From the NCBI RefSeq assembly GCF_009914755.1, contig NC_060947.1: a stretch of 64,000 nucleotides of DNA; one strand, 5' to 3'. Both the position numbers and the translations under genes were made by a program. This DNA is from the human T2T-CHM13v2.0 reference genome, Homo sapiens. Shown here piece by piece: positions 41,506-51,898 of the stretch (within the stretch, counting starts at the first letter, position 1; each line of letters opens with the position of its first letter). The notes beneath the pieces were generated by a model. It had not been told where the DNA came from. It worked only from the letters and a program-made list of their open reading frames with translations, and ran no database searches.

Positions 41506-41875
41506 TGTGCAATGGTTAGTTTTATGTGTTAGCTTTTCTAGGCTATAGTACTCAGTTGTGTGGTCAAACACTAGCCTAGCTGTTGCTGTGAAGGTATTTT
41601 GTACATGTGATCAACATTTACAATCGATTTTAAGTAAAGCAGTTTACCTCCATAACGTGGGTGCGCCTCATCCAATCAGTTGAAGGTCTTAAAAGACCGA
41701 GGTTTCCTGGAGAAGGAATTCTACCACAAGATTGGAACGTAAAAACGCTGTGTCAGTTTCTAGCCTGCTGCCCTGTCCTACAGATTTTGGATGTATCAGA
41801 CCTCATAGTCACCTGAGACAATTCCTTAAAATATCTTTCTTTCTCTCTCTCCCTTTATAGATAGATAGATAGAGT
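41506..41875 (+). mobile_element. ERV-L LTR (MLT2-type)
   Basis: tgtgcaatggttagttttatgtgt...ctccataacgtgggtgcgcctcatccaatcagttgaaggtctta. Confidence 0.8.
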
Positions 41876-43454
41876 ATGGATTGAAATTTAGTTTTGCATA
41901 TGGATATCCAATTGTTTCAGATCAAATTGTTGAATATACTATCATTTCTTTCCTCTAATCTTCATTTGCATCTTTATCAATAATTAGTTGTCTATATATA
42001 CATATACATGTGGATCCACTCCTGGACTTTATTCTCTTCCATTGATATACTGCTATAATTATGACAGTTCCACACTATACTGATCATTGCGAGTTTATAA
42101 GCCTTGAAATGAAGTAGGGTAACTCCCCCAACTTTGTTCTATTTTTTAGTTTTCTTTGACTATTCTAGGGCCTTTGCACATCTATATGAATGTTAGAGTC
42201 AGTCTCTCAATTTATATTTTAAAAATCCTGGAATTTTGATTTTTATTGCATTGAATATGTCAAAAACTTTGAGGGCAAATGACATCTTAATATTCAGTCT
42301 TTTGACTCATGAATAAAGTGTATGTCTCTGTTTACTTAGATTCTAATTAAATTTATCTCTCTAATGTTTTATAGTTTTCAATGGATAGATCTTATACATC
42401 TTCTGTCATATTTATCCATTTAATATTTATTGTCTAATGCTATTTTAAATTGCATTGTTTTTGTCTCAGTTGCCAATTGCTCATTGCTAGTGTAAAAACA
42501 CAAGTATAATGATCTATATCCAGCAACATTGCTAAACTCTTATTAGTTTTAGAAGCATTTTTTTGATAGATAGAATTGTCCGTATATACTCTTATTTTCT
42601 GTAAATAAAGACAGTTTTATTTGTCCCTTTCCAATACGAAGGCCTTTTAAAAAAACTTATTACACTGGACAGAACCTCAGGCACGTTGTTGAACTATTCT
42701 TCTCAACACCACCCTTTTCCATGAACTCGTCAGTCTTAGGTTTTAGTTTCCTACATGCAAATATCCTGCGTAATTTCTGGCATGAAAATCTGCCTCATTC
42801 ACTCTACACTGTTAAAATCCAAGCCTGGGTACCACATCTACTGAGATGAGCATAACCCTACAGTTGAAACAAGACACATAAGATGTCCAGTGGAGCAAAT
42901 GTATTCACTGGAGTTTGACAGCCTGAATGCAGTGATTTCAGACTGGGGAAAACTGAAACCCCAGGAGACTTCTGTGGACACTTTTCCATTGGTAGGATGG
43001 GAAAGTTCCTTGGTGGTATCCAAGTGAGTGGTCTTCAAGATGCATAAGAGAAATTTTTAGGAGTGAAGTAGGATGATTCACATCTACACATATATTTAAA
43101 TACAGTCAGATTACCTCGGAGAGATTTCCGGTAAGATGTACAAAAACTAGATAATGGTGGGAGAAAACAGAAGGAAGCACTGAAGTGGGGTGACTTTGGG
43201 AAAAGGCTTAGAGGAAATACTCTCTCCCTGCCATGTGACCCACCCAAGTTGAACATGGGAGGAAAGGAGCACCGCTACTCAGTTTGGGAAAGCTCTTTAG
43301 GAGTGCTAAAGAAATGTCCCCTTTTTCTTCAATCAGAGCATCCTGGCTTTGTCATCAGACTCCCCTCTTCCCTCTCTCCATACCCCTTCCCCCCTCCCAC
43401 TCACGACAATGTCCTTATAGTGCTTTGTGATGTCTAAGCCCCTCACCCCTCAGA

Positions 43455-43545
43455 GCCACCATTGGCTGGGTAGTGGCTTGCTGATCCATCAAAGCTCACA
43501 GGTATGGCTTTATTGTCACGGTGGAAGGGGGTGTATATATAGGGA
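43455..43545 (+). promoter_or_regulatory. Putative core promoter of the CSAG/VCX-like gene
   Basis: Reverse CCAAT (ccattggct, ~43459-43467) and TATATATA at 43534-43541, 44 nt upstream of the ATG. Confidence 0.6.
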
Positions 43546-43584
43546 GGCCAGGAGGCATGGAGTAGACGATTGAGAGACACTGAC

Positions 43585-43710
43585 ATGGTGAAGATGACCA
43601 GGAAACCACAAACCTCCAGCCCAGGTGTCAAAGAACAACCACCTGCCAACACCAAAGGGGCAAGGAACAGGAAGGCCCCCTGTCAAACTAAGTCTATAAG
43701 TCCTATCAAG
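43585..43710 (+). CDS. CSAG/VCX/CXorf51-like gene, coding exon 1 (42 aa)
   Basis: MVKMTRKPQTSSPGVKEQPPANTKGARNRKAPCQTKSISPIK, then aag|gtgaga donor; resembles recalled CSAG (LVKMSRKPRASSP) and VCX (MSPKPRASGPPAK). Confidence 0.65.
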
Positions 43711-43887
43711 GTGAGAGAAGCTCCTCTTAGTCTTCCCCTTGACTCCTCCCTCCCAAGACTCCTACCCTGTCCTACCCTACCCCCACCTCAGCCAGTACCT
43801 CTTCTCCTGAAGCCCCTGTTCCCACCCCTCCTCCATTCTCTTCCCCAAAATCAGTCCCCTTCTGTGATCTCCCTGTTGTCCTTTCAG

Positions 43888-44055
43888 GTTCCTAAGACAA
43901 CCAGGAAGGGAAAAGGAAACCTTTTAGGGAATTCCAGAAAAAAAAAAACAACTCTCCCAAAAAAGATCTCTGCTTCAAGAAAACCTGAGGAAGGAAGCGA
44001 GCCAAAACTATCCAGCCCCTGTGACCAGCTGAATGAGGAACTTAATCAAAATTAG
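43888..44055 (+). CDS. CSAG/VCX/CXorf51-like gene, coding exon 2 (55 aa); may be a pseudogene
   Basis: Acceptor ccctgttgtcctttcag|gtt; VPKTTRKGKGNLLGNSRKKK...SPCDQLNEELNQN*; the frame stays open a further 20 codons to TAA at 44116-44118. Confidence 0.62.
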   Translation, partial: VPKTTRKGKGNLLGNSRKKKTTLPKKISASRKPEEGSEPKLSSPCDQLNEELNQN

Positions 44056-44178
44056 CCACAGCAGGACCAAAGCAAGGAGACCTCCAACATCCCTAGTGTC
44101 TCCCCGGGCAGCCAGTAATTTCAGGGCAAGACCAGAGAACTCAGATTTACCTGAAAAGTCTCCAGAGGTCTAACCCCA

Positions 44179-44249
44179 AATAAATAGCCAACAGGGTCTA
44201 GAGTACGTTTTACACCCCACAGGGTACACCCCACGGTGATCAAAATAAA
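44179..44249 (+). terminator. Two AATAAA polyA signals (44179-44184, 44244-44249)
   Basis: Lie downstream of exon 2 and are followed by a GT-rich tract. Confidence 0.55.
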
Positions 44250-44268
44250 AAGAACCTGTTGTAAAATG

Positions 44269-44270
<2 letters not shown>

Positions 44271-44308
<38 letters not shown>
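44271..44308. repeat. (GT)19 microsatellite
   Basis: Directly visible. Confidence 0.97.
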
Positions 44309-44309
<1 letters not shown>

Positions 44310-45682
44310 CTAGGATGGTGGGGAGGGAGGAAGGAGGGGAGAGGTGGGAGTTTGGGAAGGGAGGAAGGTGGGATCCTCTTCAATTTCTTTAAATTCAACT
44401 TGCTCTTCTTTCTTTAGTTTCCTAGAGTGAAAGTTTTGGTTATTGATTTTATATTTTATTTTCTAATATAAATATTTAAAATATGCTATACATTTTTCCC
44501 AAGGACTACTTTAGCTGAATCCCTCAAATTTTTGTATGTATATTTTTATTTTCATTCAATGTAATGTATATTCTAAAATTATCCTAAGAATCCCTCTTTG
44601 ATCCATAGATTACTTAGGAGCATATTTTAAAATTTACAACATTTGAGCATTTTTCAGTTATCTTTGTGTTTGATTTTGAGCTTAACTACATTATGGTCTT
44701 CAAGAAGCATCTTAAAGAATATGCTTTTTATTATTTCTAATATTTTCAATTTGTAAGGTTTGTTTTATGGCCCAGAATACCATCTAGCTTGGTAAATATT
44801 TTATGCACACTTGAGAGGAATGTTTATTCTGCTATAGTTGGATGCGGTGTTTTTGTTTGTTTGTTTGTTTGTTTGTTTTTAATTTTAATCAGGTAATCTA
44901 TATCCTTCCTGGTTTCCTGCTTACTTTTTCTCTGAAATACTGAGAAACAATTCAGAGAGTTTTGACAAATATATAGTCCCATGAAATCACAACCACAGTG
45001 AAGGCGCAAAATATATTCATCATCCCCAAAAGTTTCTTCCTGTGCTTTTGCAGTAAAACCACTCCTTCAGTAGAAGTGACCTGAGGTGAGCAGAAGTGAG
45101 CATCTGCCAACCATGAGCACTTTCCCTATTAACAAAGGCAGGTGGGCACAGAAAGTGGCAGTTGCTTTCACACACAGGCAGCATTGAGGAAGAAAATCAG
45201 ATCAATAGTGTCATAGAAGGCCAGCTTACTGGCCTGGTCATAGGCTGTCCCTCCCTTTCTTGTGTAAGGCCTGCCTCCAAGTCTGGCTCTGCCTTCCTGG
45301 CCTCCCTGGCTCAAATGAGTGACTCATACCACCTCACCATCTCCCCTACATCCCCCACATACTGGATTAAGGGCCTTATCACTTTGTTTTGTTACCTCAT
45401 GTTTCCTCAGCATGTATTCAACAAAAGTTTGCTGGATGAATGAATGAATGAATGAATGAAATTACCAGGCATGGGAATTCACTGATTCAAAGTGTGGAGC
45501 CTGCCCCTGTGTGGGCCTCCTGCCTCCATGAAGAAACCCACAGTTCCCTTACCTGTGCTTGCTTCATTTCAGAATTCTTGTGGAAAATACCACGACAGGG
45601 TCACTGCAGACTCCTTCTCCTCAGGCCCAAACAGTGTCTTGGAGGTGAGGATGCTCCCAACAGGATAGTGCATGATGCTTTT

Positions 45683-46647
45683 TGTGGGGAAAAGAAAGAG
45701 AGATCAAATTGTTACTGTGTCTGTGTAGAAAGAAGTAGACATAGGAGACTCCATTTTGTTCCGTACTAAGAAAAATTCTTCTGCCTTGGGATGCTGTTAA
45801 TCTATAACCTTACCCCCAGCCCCGTGCTCTCTGAAACATGTGCTGTGTCCACTCAGGGTTAAATGGATTAAGGGCGGTGCAAGATGTGCTTTGTTAAACA
45901 AATGCTTGAAGGCAGCATGCAGGTTAAGAGTCATCACCACTCCCTAATCTCAAGTACCCAGGAACACAAACAGTGCGGAAGGCTGCAGGGACCTCTGCCT
46001 AGGAAAGCCAGGTATTGTCCAAGGATTCTCCCCATGTGATAGTCTGAAATATGGCCTCGTGGGAAGGGAAAGACCTGACCGTCCCCCAGCCCGACACCCG
46101 TAAAGGGTCTGTGCTGAGGAGGATTAGTATAAGAGGAAGGAATGCCTCTTTGCAGTTGAGACAAGAAGAAGGCATCTGTCTCCTGCCTGTCCCTGGGCAA
46201 TGGAATGTCTCGGTATAAAACCCGATTGTATTTTCCATCTACTGAGATAGGGGAAAACTGCCTTAGGGCTGGAGTTGGAACATGCGGGCAGCAATACTGC
46301 TCTTTAAGGCATTGAGATGTTTATGTGTATGCATATCTAAAGCACAGCACTTAATTCTTTACCTTGTCTATGATGCAGAGACCTTTGTTCAGGTGTTTAT
46401 CTGCTGACCTCTCCACTATTGTCCTATGACCCTGCCACATCCTCCTCTCTGAGAAACACTCAAGAATGATCAATAAATACTAAGGGAACTCAGAGGCCTG
46501 CGGGATCCTCCATATGCTGAACGCTGGTCCCCTGGGCCCCCTTATTTCTTTCTCTATACTTTGTCTCTGTGTCTTTTTCTTTTCCAAGTCTCTCGTTCCA
46601 CCTAACGAGAAACACCCACAGGTGTGGAGGGGCAACCCACCCCTTCA
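45683..46647 (+). mobile_element. HERV-K (HML-2) solo LTR, LTR5 family (LTR5A/B-like rather than LTR5_Hs)
   Basis: 965 bp, tgtggggaaaagaaagagagatc...caacccaccccttca; 6-bp TSD gctttt at 45677-45682 and 46648-46653. Confidence 0.96.
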
Positions 46648-47585
46648 GCTTTTTGCATTGCATCCCACATGTTCTGTCAGTTTAACAATGAAGGGTGCCA
46701 TCTTCACAGGGTTTCCATCCAACTTGCCCATGTCCACACCTTTGGCCAGCCCTCTACCCCAGACAGTGTCTGGTGGCAACACAGGCCAGTGATTGCAGTC
46801 CCAAGACACCTGTCCCCTTGTATGCCAAGAGCTCAGAAGACACAGGAGGCCATCTGAGTCAGGGACACCAGCTGGATCATTTTCAAGGCATGTCCACACG
46901 AGCCCTTCATCTGCAGAGTCTGAGCTGATTAGTCCCAGGTCACTTTTCCTCCAATTTCCCCTCCATGCAGCCCCACTACCACCTTCCACTGATCATTGGC
47001 ATTCCTGGTGAGTCTCAGCTGTTGATCATCAGTCAGCAACCCACACACATAGCCCAACCTCTATGGAGGTTCCCCAGGGGATAATTCATCAGCTCAAGTA
47101 GGCATAAAGACAGGTCCCAGCCCTGGGATGCTGGCAAGGGTGCACAGGACCACTGGAGTGGTCAAGAGAGGTAGCTCACCCAGAATGATGCAGGGAGCCA
47201 GCCATACTCTTCCTGACAGAGGGAGAGGAATCTTGAATGAGCATAAGGTGTCCAACATGCCGCTGATGCATTCAGCCAACAGGCCTGCCCATTCAGATCA
47301 CACAGCCACATCCTGTTGATGATGATAGTGTCCAGATTTCTCAAGCCTATCCCTGTTTGTTGCCGTGTCCTCCTTCACCACTTCCCACTTCTCTCCCTCA
47401 GGTCTCTGCCCCCACCGGGCTGAAATCTGGATTCAGAGCTCTCAGTGGCAGCCTGCCTGGGGCTCTGTGGACTTGATTTCACATGTGGTCTCTCTCGTGG
47501 ACTCTGGTAATTGCTCTTCCCTGCATCCTCCTAATGCCCCTTGCCAGCCGAGGGTGTCCTGTCTGCTCTCCTTCCCCGGCTCCTG
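46648..47585 (-). mobile_element. Very old ERV-L/gypsy-like pol relic, copy B (interrupted by LTR5)
   Basis: SSDSADEGLVWTCLE...VWGRGL...VKLTEHV resembles class III RNase H motifs (SSQWAELRAV...IWGRGMW...VSHV) by recall. Confidence 0.38.
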
Positions 47586-49378
47586 ACTAAATCCTTTGAA
47601 AGCAGAGGAGAAGTTGAAAGACCCTTTCAACATAAATTTCTACATAAATTTGACTTTGGGCACTGATATTTAGACATCTGCTATAAGAGAGATTTCCAGG
47701 AATGGGACAGAACACTCAGAGTACTTCTGCAGAGTGTAGGCATGCTCTGTGTCACAGGGTGAGCAGGCGATTCTAGGCTTCTCTACTGTGTTCTGGGCAC
47801 AGCCTTTAGCAGAGACCACAGTGACAAGCTAGGCAGCAATCCAAGTTCCAGATTTGGGTAGGAGGGAACACTGGGGACAACCAGGGGAAGGGTGCTGTAA
47901 TGTGGGGAAGTGCTGGCTCTGAACAGAAATGCCAGCTCCTGGGTACAGTCAGCTCTCAAGGAACCCTGGGGATTGACACAGTAGGTCCCTGGATTAATAA
48001 GGTCCACAGGCCACCCTGAAATGGTGTTTGATTCTCATTGTCACCTTCTCTAGGCCTACGACTGCTACCTTGGCCTCAGAGTCCCTATTTTTGTCACCTG
48101 AGAGACATGGTACAGTGCTGAGAAGAGAAATGAAGTACTATTCAAGAGGTCGGCCTCAGGCTGGGAGGAGTGGGAACAGCATGGGCTCTACAGGAATTCA
48201 GACCCACCAGGAGTCTGGTTCCAGCCCTATTCCTTACTAGCCATGTGATTCTGGGAAATGCCCAAGTCCTGTGAGCCTTGGGTTCTTTATCTGTGAAGCA
48301 GGTGTGATAAGCCTTGTCCATTAGGACTACTGGAGTGTGTGCAATATAAGTGAAGAACCTGGCTCAGGGCCTGGCATAGTTAGAAGTTTAATGAATGGCA
48401 GATGGCTGTTATTTCTAATATTATTTGACCTCAGACCCCACCACAGTCTTCTCTGGAATTTTTGTCATTGTTATCCAGTACATCTCAGAATATGCAGCTC
48501 AGTGGAACATGGAATCCCAAATCAGTCACAAATGTTGCTTCACATATAAAACTCAGTAAATTTTCCCTCTTAGAGGATATATTTTCAACATTTCATGTGC
48601 AGGAGTTTCTCCCTGCTGGATGCTGCTCAAAGTTCATGGAATTTGAGTCAAGTATCAACTCCTTCCCTCTCTCCAAGGTTCTTTTCCATCCAAATCATGA
48701 TTTTCATTCATTTCATCACCACTCAAAATCTAGCCCTTGCTTAGTGTTGTTCAAATTACACTAAAAATAACCCAATTAAAATGTTTCTCTAATGGAGTCA
48801 GCTAACTTCTAGGCATCAATTCATAGGCTTATTTATTATGAGATCCTTATCTCTCAGGAGACCCTTGCATATGATGGGTATCTATCACCTAGTTATTTTT
48901 TTAATTTAATTAGGAGTTCAACTGCACTGAGACAAGAGTGCAGAACACCTTCCATTCCTGCCCCAGGTGGACTCCTCTCTGTTCATCCACCACCCAAAAG
49001 GAACTGCTCAGAGCAGTTTTACATCCCAGGATTTGCTCTGTCAACTATGTGAGGCTCTGACCCTGGCACCACCCAGCTTCTTTGGATTCATCTTCACCAG
49101 AAGGAACTGCAGTTTCTCAAAGCCCCAAAAGTCCTGGCTCAGAGGATGTACGTGACCACTCTCACCTACAGCCCAATACCCTCACCCCGTCTTACTTTTC
49201 TTCTGGGTCTTAGAGGACATCTTGCCACCTTGTTACTTGACTGCAGCCCCTAGACTCTACCACCCTATGGGTAAAGGTGGTTCTGGCTTAACATTTCCAC
49301 TACAGACCCAGGGCCTTCCACAGACCAGATGCTCAGTGGATGTTTGGGGAAAAAATGCACTAGTGAGCAAAGGTTTCA

Positions 49379-49384
49379 TTTATT
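49379..49384 (-). terminator. MAGEA10: MAGEA10 polyadenylation signal AATAAA
   Basis: tttatt in a context homologous to the MAGEA5 signal. Confidence 0.7.
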
Positions 49385-49713
49385 ACAGTTTAATTTCGAC
49401 TTAACAAGATCCAGGGATATAACTTTTAATTTTGCAGGATGATAAACTAAAAATAATAAAGAAATAAAAATACTAACACTTAAAATTATTTTCTCTATTT
49501 TACTATTTTTTTCATATTTCCAAGAAAATTACTATTCCAATTCCATGTTATTTTATTACAGATTACAAATATGATGGAAGGGTTCCCAATTTGTTTTACA
49601 AAATAGCAAAACTGTTTCTTAAACTGGATAAACAGAAACGAACGTGTGACCTTAGATTCTGAAGCTCATAAACATTCTAGTAAAAGTAACAACATTTTAA
49701 AATACCAAGAAGA

Positions 49714-50026
49714 GGCTGGGTGCAGTGGCTCACACCTGTTATCCCAGCACTTTGGGAGGCTGAGGCGGGCAGATTACCTGAGGTCAGGAGTTTGAGACCA
49801 GCCTGGCCAACATGGTGAAACCCCATCTCTACTAAAAAATACAAAATTAGCCGGGTATGGTGGTGCACACTTGTAATCCCAGCTACTCAGGAGACTGAGG
49901 CAGGAGAATCGCTTGAACCCAGGAGGCGGAAGTTGCAGTGAGCCGAGACTGCACCACTGCACTCCTGCCAGAGCAATAGAGTGAGACTTTGTTAAAAAAA
50001 AAAAAAGAAGAAGAAGAAAAAGAAAA
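49714..50026 (+). mobile_element. Alu (AluS-like) in the MAGEA10 3' region, antisense to the gene
   Basis: Full dimer; TSD aaaataccaagaaga at 49699-49713 and 50028-50042. Confidence 0.95.
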
Positions 50027-50199
50027 TAAAATACCAAGAAGAAAAGAAAAGAAGTCCCCAGGTTATCCAAAGAAAACAGTAAGACAAAGATGTTATGCAC
50101 TGTATTTTCCTCAGCCTCAGCCTGGCCCTCCACCACATACATCATTGATTTCCATTCTCATTTGTTTTCATAAATTAAAAAAAAACAAAAACATAAACA

Positions 50200-50540
50200 A
50201 AAACTGACATGTAATTGTAGATATTTATGAGGTACAATTTGATGTTCTGATTCATGTATATGTAGTATAATGATCAAATCAGGTAGTGTATCCATCACCT
50301 CATGCATTTATCATTTCTTTTTGGTGACAATATTGAAAAGCCTTCCTTCTAGCTGTTTTGTAATATACAATATCTTAATGTTAACTATAGTCATCCTACT
50401 GTGCAATAGAACACTAGAACTTATTCCTCCTATTTAATTGTAATGTAACTACTGCTCTACTCTCTACTTCCATGATACCAACTTTTTTTTTTTTTTTTTT
50501 TAGATTCCACATATGAGTAAAATCATGTGGTATTTGACTT
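50200..50540 (-). mobile_element. L1MA-type 3' tip just downstream of the MAGEA10 stop
   Basis: taactatagtcatcctactgtgcaatagaacactagaacttattcctcc; tagattccacatatgagt. Confidence 0.8.
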
Positions 50541-50574
50541 GCCTTTTAAAACACAGTGAAGAATCTGTCTTACT

Positions 50575-51684
50575 TTATTCAGGGTAGGAGAAGCTACCTG
50601 TAGCGCTAGAACTTGCACTGGCCATGGCAGTAGTATCATCTGTGGTGGCAATTCTGTCCTGGGCTCTCTCTTCCTCATCTTTCAAAGCCTCCTCATACCA
50701 CAGTGGGAAGGATCTTGGATCACTCCCATTTACCTTGGCCAAAAATTTCAGGAGACTCATCTTCCTAATTTCAGCATGAGCCCTTGGACCCCACAGAAAC
50801 TCATACCGTGCAGGATCACTGCCAGGCACCTGCCGGTACTCCAGGTAGTTTTCCTGCACCCAATCTTGGGTGAGCAGCTTCCTGGGCTCCCCATAAATGA
50901 GGTGCTCCATCCCATCATACAGCCCCATCATATTCAGTGCTTCCCAGATGACCTCCTCAGGGGTGCAGTAGCCCTCTATGAAGATTATGCTTAGGATAAG
51001 TATGAGAATGCCAGTCTTGGGCATGCTCTGGACATCACTCAGCATCCCATCATAGGTGAGGCCCAGGGAGGTGACAAGGACAAAGGAGTGGCCAGTGGGA
51101 TCCACTTCCTTTACATCAATGCCAAAGACCAGCAGCATGCACTCGGAGGCTTCACTAAACAACAAAGGGAAGTGGTCTTCATAATTTTTTATGACACTCT
51201 CCAGTATTTCTGCCTTTGTGATCGGCTCCTTCATTTGATACTTGAAGAGCAGAAACTGCACCAAATCAGTCACCTTTTCATCTATCTCACTTCTGGGTAA
51301 AGACTCACTGTCTGGCAGGACCTGTAGGGTGCTTGGACTCTCCTCCTTTTGGCTGCTGGAGCCCTCATCAGATTGATCTAATGGAAGGGAAGCAACGACC
51401 GAGGGGGAGGAGCAGGCTATCTGAGCACTCTGGGGAGGATTTGGTGTCTCATCATCAGCAGAAACCTCCTCTGGGGTGCTTGGTATTAGAGGATAGCAGG
51501 AGGAGGAGGAGGAAGAGGAGGAGGAGGGAAAAGAGGATGGAAAAGAGGAGCTGGTGGAAGTGGATGATGAAGCATCCTCCTCCACAGCCAGGGGAGCCTG
51601 TGCACCCTCGAGGCCCTGTGTCTCACTTTGGGATTGAAGATCTTCTTCAGGCATGCAGCGCTGACGCTTTGGAGCTCGAGGCAT
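50575..51684 (-). CDS. MAGEA10: Melanoma-associated antigen 10, 369 aa
   Basis: [27 protein letters not shown]...complete MAGE domain ([47 protein letters not shown])...GSFSYPE*; last-exon acceptor at 51750-51751. Confidence 0.98.
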   Translation of the reverse strand: MPRAPKRQRCMPEEDLQSQSETQGLEGAQAPLAVEEDASSSTSTSSSFPSSFPSSSSSSSSSCYPLIPSTPEEVSADDETPNPPQSAQIACSSPSVVASLPLDQSDEGSSSQKEESPSTLQVLPDSESLPRSEIDEKVTDLVQFLLFKYQMKEPITKAEILESVIKNYEDHFPLLFSEASECMLLVFGIDVKEVDPTGHSFVLVTSLGLTYDGMLSDVQSMPKTGILILILSIIFIEGYCTPEEVIWEALNMMGLYDGMEHLIYGEPRKLLTQDWVQENYLEYRQVPGSDPARYEFLWGPRAHAEIRKMSLLKFLAKVNGSDPRSFPLWYEEALKDEEERAQDRIATTDDTTAMASASSSATGSFSYPE

Positions 51685-51824
51685 GATGACTCTGATCAGG
51701 GTAGCAGGTGGGAGTGTGGGCAGGACTTGGGCGATGGGGACCCACAGGCCTGGGGAGAGAGGGAGGGTGTAAGTGGCCACAGCTGAGAACCACACCCTGG
51801 AGGTTCTAACAAAGGCCAACTTAC

Positions 51825-51898
51825 AGGTCTTCTCCTTCAGTGCTGCTCTGTGGTGTCCCACAGCTCTTGACCTCTTGCTCTCCCTGTCCCCTGAGAAC
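51825..51898 (-). other. MAGEA10: MAGEA10 penultimate non-coding exon
   Basis: cttcag|gttctcagggg ... agacct|gtaagt. Confidence 0.78.
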
